From contig CAYQYZ010000006.1 in NCBI GenBank assembly GCA_964422025.1, forward strand, positions 4,157 through 68,156: DNA of 64,000 nucleotides, written 5' to 3'. The notes under the pieces are model-generated. The model saw nothing but the letters and a program-made list of their open reading frames with translations. It was not told the DNA's origin and ran no database searches. This document shows positions 54,662 to 64,000 of this stretch, in pieces. The stretch comes from an uncultured Gammaproteobacteria bacterium (GTDB lineage: Bacteria > Patescibacteriota > Microgenomatia > UBA1406 > HO2-37-13b). A program made the position numbers and the translations under genes. Positions within the stretch are counted from its first letter, which is position 1; the number at the start of each line of letters is the position of its first letter.

Positions 54662-55717
54662 ATGTGCATGTCAACCCAATTCGTACTTATTTCCAACCCA
54701 ACGACTATTTTTTACAAAACCGGATTCGGCGACCCCTTAAGCCGGGAACGCGACGCGTGGATGTTACTGCGTGGCGACAAGACGTATTTTTTTACTGATG
54801 GGCGGTTCGAAAATAAAGCTCTTATTGAGGAGCTCGCTCATAAGGACATCGAGTTTAGGCTCCTGTCGGCGGAGAAGAGATTGGCACAACATCTTAAAAA
54901 GCTAGTTGGTGAGAGTGAGGTCACGTTTGAGAAAAATGACTTAACAGTTGCGGAAATGGAGCAATTTAGAGAGAAAGGAGTGAAATTGGAAGGAGAATAT
55001 GAAAGCGATAGTCTGCGAGTGGTTAAGAGTGATGAGGAGATTTTGCATATAAAAAAGGCCTGCGAGCTTGTCGATTCCCTACTTGCAAGCGTAATTCCAC
55101 AAATAAAAATAGGAATGAACGAGAAAGAAATTTTCCGACTCCTCTACTCTCAACTACCAACGAGTGAGGAGATGATTGAACACGCATTTACTCCAATTAT
55201 CGCTATTGATGAGAATAGTGCAGTCGCCCATTACGACACCAAGGCTCATGGGGATAAGAGAGTCAAGCAAGGATCACTCATTCTTATTGACTGCGGCATT
55301 CGATATAAAAATTATTGCTCCGACATTACTCGAATGATTAGCGCTGGAGAGCCAAGTGCGGAGGTAAAAGGAGCGTACGCCGCGCTCTTTACGGCTCAGC
55401 AACAAGCCATTACCGCGCTCTCTACACTCTCAACGTACAAGGAGGTCGACGAACTATGCCGCGCTTCACTCCTAAATGCCGATTTTCCCGTATATTCCCA
55501 CGCAACTGGGCATGGAATTGGTATTCAAGTACACGAAAATCCGCGCTTTTCGCCCATAAGTACTGATACAATAAAACCAGGGAATGTTATTACGGTTGAA
55601 CCCGGAATTTATATGCCTGAAAAATGGGGAATGAGGCTTGAAGACACGGTATTAATTAATACTGATAGATCGGTAACGAGCCTAACAGCGAGGAATCGCG
55701 AACTTATAATTATCTAA
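54662..55717 (+). CDS. M24 family metallopeptidase (Xaa-Pro aminopeptidase-like)
   Basis: Pita-bread fold ligands: DCG..Y.SDITR, HATGHGIGIQVHE, EPGIY, RLED. Confidence 0.85.
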   Translation: MCMSTQFVLISNPTTIFYKTGFGDPLSRERDAWMLLRGDKTYFFTDGRFENKALIEELAHKDIEFRLLSAEKRLAQHLKKLVGESEVTFEKNDLTVAEMEQFREKGVKLEGEYESDSLRVVKSDEEILHIKKACELVDSLLASVIPQIKIGMNEKEIFRLLYSQLPTSEEMIEHAFTPIIAIDENSAVAHYDTKAHGDKRVKQGSLILIDCGIRYKNYCSDITRMISAGEPSAEVKGAYAALFTAQQQAITALSTLSTYKEVDELCRASLLNADFPVYSHATGHGIGIQVHENPRFSPISTDTIKPGNVITVEPGIYMPEKWGMRLEDTVLINTDRSVTSLTARNRELIII

Positions 55718-55719
55718 CT

Positions 55720-56265
55720 ATGGAATCTATCACCAATCTCGACATTTTCCTCACCAACGCCATCTATGCTCTCCCGCATACACACGTATTAAATACCATA
55801 TTTCATTTCTTTTCAGGCACAGGTTCTTTTGCTCTTTTATGGGTAATAATCATTGCCTGCGCCATCGCGTACGAAAGAAAACGATTTCCAATATTACTTA
55901 AAACACTTGCAATAAGCATGTTTGCAACCTGGTTTCTAACTAATTTTGTAATCAAAAACATCTTCCACCGCCCACGTCCTTTAGCAGATCTTTTAGACAT
56001 AATACAGCTCGCCTCGTATCCAACCAGTTTTTCGTTTCCCTCCGGACACGCAGCATTTGCGTTTTGCGCCGCCTATATTCTGGCTAAATACGATAAATCG
56101 TACGCTCCCCTGTTTTACGTAACAGCAACTCTGGTGGCTTTTTCGCGTGTGTATTTAGGTTTCCACTATGTAAGTGATGTATTTTTTGGCGCCATGTTTG
56201 GAATATTTATCAGCTGGCTCACGCTTAATTATTTTGACAAAAAGAAGCTAAAACAGTCATCATGA
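55720..56265 (+). CDS. PAP2 family phosphatase (undecaprenyl-diphosphatase-like)
   Basis: K-x6-RP (KNIFHRPRP), PSGH (SFPSGHA), SR-x5-H-x3-D (SRVYLGFHYVSD). Confidence 0.85.
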   Translation: MESITNLDIFLTNAIYALPHTHVLNTIFHFFSGTGSFALLWVIIIACAIAYERKRFPILLKTLAISMFATWFLTNFVIKNIFHRPRPLADLLDIIQLASYPTSFSFPSGHAAFAFCAAYILAKYDKSYAPLFYVTATLVAFSRVYLGFHYVSDVFFGAMFGIFISWLTLNYFDKKKLKQSS

Positions 56266-56810
56266 CCCAATTAAACGCGGATCAACTCCGAAAACTCGAC
56301 GCGGATCAAGTAGTGGCGCCAGCTAAACGCTTCCCTCTTTATTTCATTCTCGACGATGTGTGGGACACCTACAACATTGGTGGCATTTTCCGCCTTGCCG
56401 ATGCCTTGGCTGTCGAAAAAATTTTCATTTGTGGCCAAAGCGAAATTCCCCCAAATCATAAAATTGCAAAAGCTTCCGTAGGCACGTACAAAATCGTTCC
56501 GTGGGAATATCGAAGCACGACTGTGGAAGCAATCGAGCAACTCCGCACTCTCTATGCAGCAAATGAGGGAGAGAGCAGCTTGAAGATCGTTTCAATCGAA
56601 CAAGCCAAAGGCTCAATTCCTTACACGGAATACGACTATTCCTTTCCACTAGCTCTCATAGTCGGCAATGAAACTCACGGAGTCTGTGCGGAAGCGCTGG
56701 CTGCATCGGACGCTATTGTAGAACTTCCCATGCACGGAGTAAACAAATCGCTCAACGTTATCGTTTCAGCTGCAATTGTGGGGTTTCACGTATATAATAA
56801 ACTTGTATGA
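56262..56810 (+). CDS. SpoU/TrmH family RNA 2'-O-methyltransferase
   Basis: LIVGNETHGV and PMHGVNKSLNVIVSAAI (SPOUT knot motifs). Confidence 0.8.
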   Translation: MTQLNADQLRKLDADQVVAPAKRFPLYFILDDVWDTYNIGGIFRLADALAVEKIFICGQSEIPPNHKIAKASVGTYKIVPWEYRSTTVEAIEQLRTLYAANEGESSLKIVSIEQAKGSIPYTEYDYSFPLALIVGNETHGVCAEALAASDAIVELPMHGVNKSLNVIVSAAIVGFHVYNKLV

Positions 56811-57442
56811 ATAACCTTTTAGGAAATGCTCGATTCTATATAATCTCCTCGGCGCTGGTACTTGCGCTCATCATATATACAGTCGTAAAGAGTGTAGTTC
56901 CAGTTGATTTTCAGATGTCACGACTCGTGCAAGTGTATGCTTTTGCCGCCACTATTTATTTATACCTCACGCTCCTTATTAGCCCACTTATTCATTCATT
57001 TCGATCTATTCCCTACGCAGGAACACTCGTAAAATCTCGCCGGGGTTTGGGAATTAGTGCGTACATTTTTGCGTGTTTACATGCTTACATCGTCATCTTC
57101 GTTAACATCGGAGGAATCACGCGCTTTTTGTCACTTCCTGAACAATTTATGTTCCCGATGCGTTTTGGACTTATTGCTTTTTTTATTCTCACGCTTCTTG
57201 CCATAACGTCATTTGATTCAATTATGCGCAAAATAACATTTCCTAAATGGAAATGGCTGCACCGAAGCGTGTACGTGGCAAGTGTGCTCATTATGATTCA
57301 TGCATTACTACTCGGAGAACACTTTGCCGATCTTTCTGCACTCATTCCCCGAATCTATACAATCGCGCTTGGAATACTCATTCTTCTTGAAATTCCCCGG
57401 TTAATCGCCTATTTTCGCCAGAAATTTGTGAAAATTGACTAA
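56807..57442 (+). CDS. Ferric-reductase-like transmembrane domain protein (MsrQ/YedZ-like)
   Basis: 6 TM helices with conserved His (FACLHAYIV, WLHRSVY, MIHALLLG). Confidence 0.5.
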   Translation: MNNLLGNARFYIISSALVLALIIYTVVKSVVPVDFQMSRLVQVYAFAATIYLYLTLLISPLIHSFRSIPYAGTLVKSRRGLGISAYIFACLHAYIVIFVNIGGITRFLSLPEQFMFPMRFGLIAFFILTLLAITSFDSIMRKITFPKWKWLHRSVYVASVLIMIHALLLGEHFADLSALIPRIYTIALGILILLEIPRLIAYFRQKFVKID

Positions 57443-57451
57443 ACTTAAACA

Positions 57452-58150
57452 GTGGTATACAATTGGCCTATGAGTCCTACTGCTGTTTCGAGCCTGCGTT
57501 CGGTTGCAAAAACAAAACTGTTTGCTCTTTTTGCAATAGCCTTTTTCTTGCTACTAAGCGCAATTATCGTGATTTTATTCTCTTCCCAGTCATTTACCCC
57601 GTCAATTGAGCAGTTGCAATCAATGGTGTTACAGCGCTCGCAGCCACGTGTGGAGAGTGAATCGGAGCAGGTTGCACAAACAGCTGTTTTAGGAGTAACC
57701 ACGAATGCACAAGCGTTCTTATTCACCTCAAGCACGCAGACTACTCCCCTTTCGTATGAATATGATGTAAGTAAAACGCTCGCCGTTATTCAAAAGACTC
57801 AAGCCAACGCGCCTGCGTTTGTTTTGCGTACTAATGAAGTAGAAGGATTTATGGTATTTATTACCGGAAAATTGGGCTTAAGCCAAGTACAGTCAGCCAC
57901 TATTATCAAAGCTATGAATGGTCAGTTAGAGAGTACCGAGAGTGATTACGTACGGATCTCATTCATCGATCGCAAAACAGCGGACTCAACTCTCGTAAAG
58001 AGTGCGCAGACCCAAAAACTCCCTTCCAATACAGAAAGAGTATTCTTTTATATAGAAAATACCCAAGAAACCGAATCCACAAACGTTCCCGAATTAAAAC
58101 CCATTTCTTCTAAAAATCCCCTAGAACTCGGCATCGTCGCTGCGGAGTAA
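57452..58150 (+). CDS. Hypothetical membrane-anchored protein
   Basis: 232 aa with one N-terminal TM helix. No family recognised. Confidence 0.45.
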   Translation: MVYNWPMSPTAVSSLRSVAKTKLFALFAIAFFLLLSAIIVILFSSQSFTPSIEQLQSMVLQRSQPRVESESEQVAQTAVLGVTTNAQAFLFTSSTQTTPLSYEYDVSKTLAVIQKTQANAPAFVLRTNEVEGFMVFITGKLGLSQVQSATIIKAMNGQLESTESDYVRISFIDRKTADSTLVKSAQTQKLPSNTERVFFYIENTQETESTNVPELKPISSKNPLELGIVAAE

Positions 58151-58262
58151 TTTAGAGAATACGAAGCATAATACTGTTTTGAGACTCGTTTGCGCAGTGC
58201 GACAAAAGCGCAACCCGAGTTGAAAAACACGTATTATGCGGAGTTTGTACGGATTACTTCGG

Positions 58263-58334
58263 AGCCGACGATGGGAATCGAACCCATGCTCTTCTTCTTA
58301 CCAAGAAGATGCTTTACCACTAAGCCACGTCGGC
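58263..58334 (-). tRNA. tRNA-Thr (anticodon GGU)
   Basis: Reverse complement: gccgacg tg gctt-agtggta-aagc a tcttc-ttGGTaa-gaaga agagc atggg-ttcgatt-cccat cgtcggc t. Confidence 0.85.
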
Positions 58335-58370
58335 AGTATTAATTCCAGAAATGTATTATACAATAAAGTT

Positions 58371-58751
58371 ATGCTAAAACCCGTGGAAGACAAACGAAGC
58401 GTACCTGGTTCAGCTATAGCTAAAATTGGCTTCGTTGTGCTACTCATTATAGCTGGAATTTTCATGAGTAACAATAATCCTCCTGCCGCCAGGAGCAAGC
58501 CTTCAAAGAGTAAACCCGCGGTGCTCGGAGAAACTATCGTTAATGAAGTAAAAGGAGTTGGCAGCGCATTCAATTCATTTAGAGTCGGGACTACTAAGAA
58601 AGTTTCCGGATTCGTACAGACCAAAAAAGAACAAGCCACTTCAAAAGCCACCGATTTCGTATACACCACCGGCATTGACCCGGTATTAGATAATTTCAGC
58701 AAACTCCCTAAATCCGATCAAGCAAGAATCAAGAAAGAGCTTTGTAAGTAG
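58371..58751 (+). CDS. Hypothetical membrane-anchored protein
   Basis: The start is trimmed to MLKPVEDKR (ATG 58371) because the track ORF 5' extension is antisense to tRNA-Thr. One TM helix. Confidence 0.45.
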   Translation: MLKPVEDKRSVPGSAIAKIGFVVLLIIAGIFMSNNNPPAARSKPSKSKPAVLGETIVNEVKGVGSAFNSFRVGTTKKVSGFVQTKKEQATSKATDFVYTTGIDPVLDNFSKLPKSDQARIKKELCK

Positions 58752-58813
58752 CTAAATACATATTTCATCCTATAGTTGACAACGCTTTCATCTTATAGTA
58801 TAATACTCGCTGT

Positions 58814-59410
58814 ATGAAAAACATCGCACTTTCTTTTGCAATCACTACCGCCCTTTTAATCAACGGGGCCGGCGTCGTTTTGGCTGATTCGTATAGTGTT
58901 CCACAACAGTCATATTCTATTGCTATCGACAAACAAGTATCGTATCCAGAACTTAATGACGGTAAAACTGTGTATACCTACGTTGATAACTTAGGTTCAA
59001 ACGATTATGCATATGTTCCAGGTGGATACATTTTCTTTAAGGTAAAAGTAAAAAATACGTCAAGCGCTAATTTGGATAACGTTGTCTTAAAAGACTTCGC
59101 TCCTCAGTACGTTGATGTTTTTACCACACAAATTAATGTGGGAACATTACAACCCCAAGAAGAAAAAGAATATATAATTCAAGCTCGTGTGCAACAAAAC
59201 ACTCCTAACCAAGCCATGACGTGTGTAACAAACACCGCGCATGTGTCGAATGATAAGGTAAGTGCTCAAGACACTGCTAGTATATGTATTCGAAAAGTTA
59301 TTGCTCCACCAGAAACAATTCCTAATGCTGGTCCTGAATTTGGATTGGGTATGACTGCCCTTTCTGCATTAGCCGGATACTTCGGATTGAAACTTCGAAA
59401 AACTTCTTAA
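58814..59410 (+). CDS. Secreted DUF11/CARDB-like surface protein with a C-terminal sorting-signal-like tail (IPNAG + TM + KLRKTS)
   Basis: Signal peptide. YIFFKVKVKNTSSANLDNVVLKDFAP beta-sandwich motif. IPNAG (59318-59332) is followed by a hydrophobic stretch and a basic tail. Confidence 0.55.
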   Translation: MKNIALSFAITTALLINGAGVVLADSYSVPQQSYSIAIDKQVSYPELNDGKTVYTYVDNLGSNDYAYVPGGYIFFKVKVKNTSSANLDNVVLKDFAPQYVDVFTTQINVGTLQPQEEKEYIIQARVQQNTPNQAMTCVTNTAHVSNDKVSAQDTASICIRKVIAPPETIPNAGPEFGLGMTALSALAGYFGLKLRKTS

Positions 59411-59532
59411 GACATTCTTATTTACGTTTGTCCTTCCAAAAAGCTAAATACATTAGCAAGAATATTATTATGAACAGTGCAGACATAACTAAAGCACTAC
59501 TCGTCAGCTGTGTGTAAGTATATGATGTCATA

Positions 59533-59721
59533 TTACCTCCCCGCCTCCTTTCTCATAACATATCCCAGATACATAAAGACTATACCCACTATTAATTGGA
59601 ATAGCAATAGACTTATTGCTACTTGCCCAAAGGTCGGTCCAATGAATGTGACTCCAAACCATGCAGCGGCAAGATTGACTAATAATTCTGAAATTACCAA
59701 TTTCCAGTAATAATTATCCAT
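59533..59721 (-). CDS. Hypothetical small membrane protein
   Basis: 62 aa with two TM helices. Confidence 0.35.
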   Translation of the reverse strand: MDNYYWKLVISELLVNLAAAWFGVTFIGPTFGQVAISLLLFQLIVGIVFMYLGYVMRKEAGR

Positions 59722-59862
59722 TATGTGTGGAGTTTAACAAATTGTTTTTCTGTGTCAACGGCTTATAAGTCTCATAAATGATGATTTAGATTGTCCCAAA
59801 AGCAATTTTTTACTCTTATACTACCTAAACATCTACCCCCTACTCTGATATATAATCAATAC

Positions 59863-62019
59863 ATGTCCCTTGTTCATTTGCAAGTACGCAATCCAAAAGA
59901 CGACGAAACACCCATAGAAGCGGCGAGTCAAATTTTTGCTTCACTACTTCCTTCGTACCTTCCCCCGTTTAAACGGCTCTATATTCAGCCAAAATATTAC
60001 TCTTTCGAGATTTATTTGCTTGCGCAAACTATTTATATGTACGCAACGACGAGTGAAAAGAGCGAAACGTTCGTAAAAAGCCTTATTACATCCTCATTTA
60101 CCAACTCAAAAATCATTAAAACCAAGGATCCGCTTTCGTATCTAACCAGCTCGCCGCACACGGCGCTTGGAGAAGTCGCACTCTCTTCATCCTTTTACCT
60201 GCCTATCAAAACATATTACGACTTTAAAGACGTCGATCCCCTTTCCTCAATTCTCGGATTCCTGGCACGAAGCAGCCCAAGTCAAAAAGCCGCCATTCAG
60301 ATTCTTATTACGCCTGCATCATTTGCCTGGGGAAAATCGGCTGCTGCATTTGCGCAAAAGATGAGTTACGACAAAGGAGCCGATAAGTATGGCATGAACC
60401 CGCAAAAAATGATTATTTCTCGAAAAACCGCTTTTTCAGGTGGAAAAGCTCTAATCCGCTTGCTTACTGCTGACACAACAGACGAAGGCGCAATGAGTTA
60501 CTTACACAATTTGGCCGGTACATTCGGAACGTTTTCACTGGGCGATGGTAACCAATTTAGCTTCAAAAAACGCAAAATTCTTAAAAAACAGCTGTTAAAT
60601 CGAATGGTCAACCGCACTACCTATATGCTCGAGCGTGGAGATCAGATTTTAAATGCGCAAGAATTGGCTAGCTTATGGCATCCGCCAGGAATTTTGTTGG
60701 GTGGGGTAAAAAACATTGCCTGGGGCAAAGCCCTATCCGGTGAACCGCCTGACGATTTGCCTATTTCTGATGAAATGGATGACGAGCAGAAAAAAGACAT
60801 TAATTTCTTCGGAAAAACTGAATTTAAGAATAAAGATCAAATTTTTGGCATAAAAACCGCGGACCGTCGCAAACATATGTATATTATCGGGAAAACAGGC
60901 GCAGGAAAGTCGACATTAATCGCTAATATGGCTATTGATGACATCCGTCGCGATCGTGGAATTGGCATTATTGACCCACACGGAGATTTATCGGAGATTA
61001 TTCTTGACTACATTCCTAAGCGTCGCATAAACGATGTGGTGTATTTAGAGCCATTTGATAGCGAACGTCCATTTAAATTAAATGTTCTAGAAGTTCATAA
61101 CCCTGAACAAAAACACTTAGTCGCTTCCGGAATTGTTTCTATTTTTTCCAAATTATACGGAAAAAGCTGGGGTCCACGGCTAGAATACATATTACGTAAC
61201 GTTATCTTAACTCTTTTGGAGATTCCTAACGCAACGCTCGTTGACGCCCTACGAATACTCTCAGACGACGAATATCGAGCAAAAGTAGTGCCTCAAATTA
61301 ACGACCCGGTGCTTAAAAACTTCTGGAACGCCGAATTTGCCAAAATGGGCGATAAACTGCGTGCCGAAGCCGTTTCCCCTATTCAAAACAAGGTCGGTCA
61401 GTTTGTTACATCAACAATGGTTCGAAATATCATTGGCTCTCCAAAATCATCAATTAACCTAGCAGAAATTATGGACGAAGGCAAAATCCTAATATTGAAT
61501 CTCTCTCAGGGCAAGTTAGGAGAGGATAACGCGTCTCTTCTGGGAGCGATGATTATTACTCAAATTCAGCTTGCAGCAATGGGTCGGTCGTTTAGTAAAG
61601 AAGAAGACCGTCGCGACTTTTTCTTATATGTTGATGAGTTCCAGAATTTTGCCACGAGTTCTTTCATAAAAATCCTTTCCGAGGCACGAAAATACCGATT
61701 ATCACTCACATTGGCCAATCAATATACCGAGCAACTGGAGCTTGAAATTCAACGGGCAATTTTTGGAAATGTAGGTACGCTTATGTCATTTGTTCTAGGC
61801 GCGCGCGATGCCTATTTTATGTCGAAGGAATTCGGGGAGCTTTACACGGAAGCAGATCTGGTTTCCCTGGGTAAATTCGAAACGGTCCTTAAACTATCGG
61901 TCGATAACATGACTTCCCAGCCATTTCCCGCCTACACGCTTCCCCTACCTAGCTTGAAGAACGACAATCGAGAAAAGATTATTACCACGAGTAAAGAAAA
62001 ATACGGAAGGAAGTCTTAA
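59863..62019 (+). CDS. TraD/VirD4-like (type IV secretion coupling protein / HerA-DUF87-type) P-loop NTPase with an uncharacterised ~330-aa N-terminal region
   Basis: Walker A IIGKTGAGKST, GIIDPHGDL, Walker B FLYVDEFQNF, TLANQ. ATG 59863 lies 6 nt after TATAAT (59851-59856). The track start at 59791 is a TTG. Confidence 0.6.
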   Translation: MSLVHLQVRNPKDDETPIEAASQIFASLLPSYLPPFKRLYIQPKYYSFEIYLLAQTIYMYATTSEKSETFVKSLITSSFTNSKIIKTKDPLSYLTSSPHTALGEVALSSSFYLPIKTYYDFKDVDPLSSILGFLARSSPSQKAAIQILITPASFAWGKSAAAFAQKMSYDKGADKYGMNPQKMIISRKTAFSGGKALIRLLTADTTDEGAMSYLHNLAGTFGTFSLGDGNQFSFKKRKILKKQLLNRMVNRTTYMLERGDQILNAQELASLWHPPGILLGGVKNIAWGKALSGEPPDDLPISDEMDDEQKKDINFFGKTEFKNKDQIFGIKTADRRKHMYIIGKTGAGKSTLIANMAIDDIRRDRGIGIIDPHGDLSEIILDYIPKRRINDVVYLEPFDSERPFKLNVLEVHNPEQKHLVASGIVSIFSKLYGKSWGPRLEYILRNVILTLLEIPNATLVDALRILSDDEYRAKVVPQINDPVLKNFWNAEFAKMGDKLRAEAVSPIQNKVGQFVTSTMVRNIIGSPKSSINLAEIMDEGKILILNLSQGKLGEDNASLLGAMIITQIQLAAMGRSFSKEEDRRDFFLYVDEFQNFATSSFIKILSEARKYRLSLTLANQYTEQLELEIQRAIFGNVGTLMSFVLGARDAYFMSKEFGELYTEADLVSLGKFETVLKLSVDNMTSQPFPAYTLPLPSLKNDNREKIITTSKEKYGRKS

Positions 62020-63215
62020 ACCTTAAATTCCCCACCCTTATAAATCACCTTTTCACTTCCATCACGCATAACGGCAGTTACCATTCGATCTTGTTTTGCA
62101 ATAATATCGGTGTGTTCTGCGCTTGAATTATATCCAAGTTTTGCCCAACCAGCCTCAGTTACCTTTTTGGCGTCGCCGGTGTATGTGTCGTGGTACGAAG
62201 ATCCCAAGGCCAAATGCGTATTTCCATACTCTCCTCCATAATTTTCGTCAAATAGCGTATTAGCCATAAATTTGGTGATTTTGCTGAATCGACGGTCAGT
62301 AAGCGAATATTCCCCCATTTTATCGGCATTTTTCTGCTTAATGAGCTCTTTTATGAGATTTTCGTTCTTTCGAGCCGATGCGTTTACTACGTGCCCATTT
62401 TTAAATTCAAGACTAATATCTTCAATAATATTCCCATACCGATAGAGCGGAAAGTCAAAATATACATGCCCATTTGTGCCTCGCCAGTCAGGAGACGTAA
62501 ATATTTCAAAACTTGGAATGTTTCTACCTGAACCGCCTATAAATTTGCGTTTTTCGCCCATACTAATCCATAAATCAGTCTTATTAGCTACCACATGGAG
62601 TTTGTCGATTGGCAGTGCATTGAGCTTTGCCATAGTTTGTTCAACTTTTTTGAACACCTCTTGCCATTTAGCTATAGGACTTTTTTCTTCCAGGAAGCAC
62701 GCTGCAACAATCTGTTCCCAATATTCTTCAAGCGTTAATCGAGCTTGCTTTGCCATTCCCGGCGTACCGTATAAACAGAGCGTCCAGGTCAATTTTCCAG
62801 CATCTTCTTTTTGGTCAAGCCATTTTTTAAGCGTTTTTCGACTCTTATTCGCCTTCATCATTTTCACCGGATCTACCCCTTTTAAGTACAACGGGTCACG
62901 ATCAGCCATTAAGTACATGCGGTGATCCATCGTTTCAATAAGCGATTTCTGGTATTTTTTCGGAAAAAACTCCAATTGAGCGTCAGAAGCCACGTCGTAG
63001 AATATCTTGCTAAAGCTATCTTCGTTCATTTTTATGATCGGATGTGCCCCTTTTTCAAGAATCGCCCGGTATACCTCTTGTGCGAGCGGCAAGGCTGGAG
63101 AGTCGAATTGCACAAAAATAACCTCATTTTTCTTAATTCCCTCTCCTGAACCCAATGCAAAATCGGTTAACACATGCGCGTAGTTTGAAAGCATTTTTTG
63201 TGACGGAGTAAACAT
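62016..63215 (-). CDS. M29 family aminopeptidase (AmpS/PepS-like)
   Basis: YAHVLTDFALG.., NTHLALGSSYH, SAEHTDII. The likely start is MFTPSQKML (ATG 63215). Confidence 0.75.
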   Translation of the reverse strand: MFTPSQKMLSNYAHVLTDFALGSGEGIKKNEVIFVQFDSPALPLAQEVYRAILEKGAHPIIKMNEDSFSKIFYDVASDAQLEFFPKKYQKSLIETMDHRMYLMADRDPLYLKGVDPVKMMKANKSRKTLKKWLDQKEDAGKLTWTLCLYGTPGMAKQARLTLEEYWEQIVAACFLEEKSPIAKWQEVFKKVEQTMAKLNALPIDKLHVVANKTDLWISMGEKRKFIGGSGRNIPSFEIFTSPDWRGTNGHVYFDFPLYRYGNIIEDISLEFKNGHVVNASARKNENLIKELIKQKNADKMGEYSLTDRRFSKITKFMANTLFDENYGGEYGNTHLALGSSYHDTYTGDAKKVTEAGWAKLGYNSSAEHTDIIAKQDRMVTAVMRDGSEKVIYKGGEFKV

Positions 63216-63451
63216 AAAAAGTATTTTAGCATACAAAATAAAAAGGTGCACAAGTAAATGCGTCCCAACTTGACAAATACCCCTCTTTTTGATAAACTAT
63301 AGGTTACATTTTCTACCCGAAAAGCCGGGTTTTGCATCCGGCCCAAGAAAGGTAAAATGTTGGATTTTTTGGGAAAGAAGGTAGAGATTTATTTTCTACA
63401 TTTCGTTTCCAGATAAGCACTTTTACAATTGGGTTTACTTCCACAAAATTA

Positions 63452-63481
63452 CCATCCTAACGCACAAGCCGAAGGATCTCC
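63452..63481 (+). repeat. Diverged copy of the short hairpin repeat element (ccatcctaacgcacaagccgaaggatctcc)
   Basis: The ends match gtcatcctga...cgaaggatctc. It is flanked by the 10-bp inverted repeat ttccacaaaa / ttttgtggaa. Confidence 0.5.
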
Positions 63482-63831
63482 TTTTGTGGAAAAGGTTACT
63501 AAATTAACTATATTAAGAGCGAAGATGGGGAATCTGAGGATTTATGAAACATACATCCTAAGTTCTGAGGTTCCCCATTTTCAAATCAGAAAGGAGTGTT
63601 AGTCGGAAAATGTCGGAAGACGGACAGTGCTTTTGCACTGCTGAAAAAACTACCTGAGCAAAGCTCAGTTAAACGTTTGCACCGGTACTCGTCGACCTGA
63701 CGATGACCATACTGCAGACAGTATCCCTACTTCGCATCCAAACAGTTCTCGCATTAGAACTGTACAAGACCCCCCTCCCGAAGCAGTCGCTCTAAATTAG
63801 GACTGTCCAAAAATAAGAAGGAGTTGGAGCC

Positions 63832-64000
63832 ATGAGTCGGAACAATTGGATTCTCACAATCGTGGGAATTCTGCTGTGCGTAGGCGTAGCTTTTCTCATC
63901 CTCCGCGATGACGCGGACGAGGCTAACGCCGCCGCCGACCCAACCCCGATCGCCACGGCGATCCCCGACCCGCTCGTCCATCTCGCTGACAACGAGGTCA
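63832..64000 (+). CDS. Partial CDS (5' end) for a membrane-anchored protein; high-GC
   Basis: AAGGAG lies 8 nt upstream. ATG 63832 gives MSRNNWILTIVGILLCVGVAFLILRDDADEANAAADPTPIATAIPDPLVHLADNEV, open to the window end. It is not in the track because it has no stop and is under 60 aa. Confidence 0.55.
   Translation, partial: MSRNNWILTIVGILLCVGVAFLILRDDADEANAAADPTPIATAIPDPLVHLADNEV

Noticed and set aside
63600-63760. tmRNA, RNase P RNA, SRP RNA or a riboswitch in the structured non-coding stretch before the last CDS
   Set aside because: I could not find the diagnostic conserved strings: the GAGGAAAGTCC P4 region, a tag ORF plus tRNA-like 3' end, or the SRP GGAA/AGCA domain. The stretch is left as unclassified structure within a finding.
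63754-63992. Minus-strand ORFs 63754..63981 and 63792..63992
   Set aside because: They are antisense shadow ORFs of the high-GC plus-strand CDS that starts at 63832 with an AAGGAG ribosome-binding site.

Overview
This is a 64-kb, AT-rich (about 40% GC by eye), very gene-dense bacterial chromosome segment that reads cleanly with the standard code. It holds a small housekeeping set: lexA, tgt, dus, yebC, dnaB, lepB-like, lgt-like, a TrmH-like methyltransferase and five tRNAs. This set is interleaved with an unusually large envelope and surface repertoire. That repertoire includes an RND pump with its adaptor, two tandem FG-GAP giants, two tandem vWA/dockerin-like giants, and a sortase with an LAxTG substrate. 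It also includes LytR_C proteins, GT2 and DUF2079 genes, PAP2, and several transporters (ABC-2, EamA, FTR1, a P-type ATPase, a CPA2 antiporter). No outer-membrane components were seen, and -10 boxes often sit only 6-10 nt from start codons. Together these suggest a reduced-genome monoderm such as CPR/Patescibacteria, but that is inference only. The most interesting non-genic structure is a 1.2-kb ORF-free locus (43538-44759). It is built from at least 10 copies of an 11-mer, has inverted iteron blocks at both edges, and contains a ~77-nt-period array of bipartite units with fixed 27-nt variable cores. Other notable items:
- A tRNA-Ser with an ACU anticodon, plus a 5'-truncated diverged copy 2.7 kb away that brackets two cargo genes.
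- A short hairpin repeat family with six copies, two of them in frame inside CDSs (tgt and an unknown gene).
- A two-copy GC-rich ~105-nt repeat.
- A C9-tract frameshift in a lycopene-cyclase-domain gene.
- A textbook GAAC-N4-GTTC SOS box inside the lexA promoter.
- A signal peptidase I with Thr at the nucleophile position.
- A jump to high GC in the last ~170 nt.

All calls come from reading the sequence and the supplied translations by hand. No database search was run.
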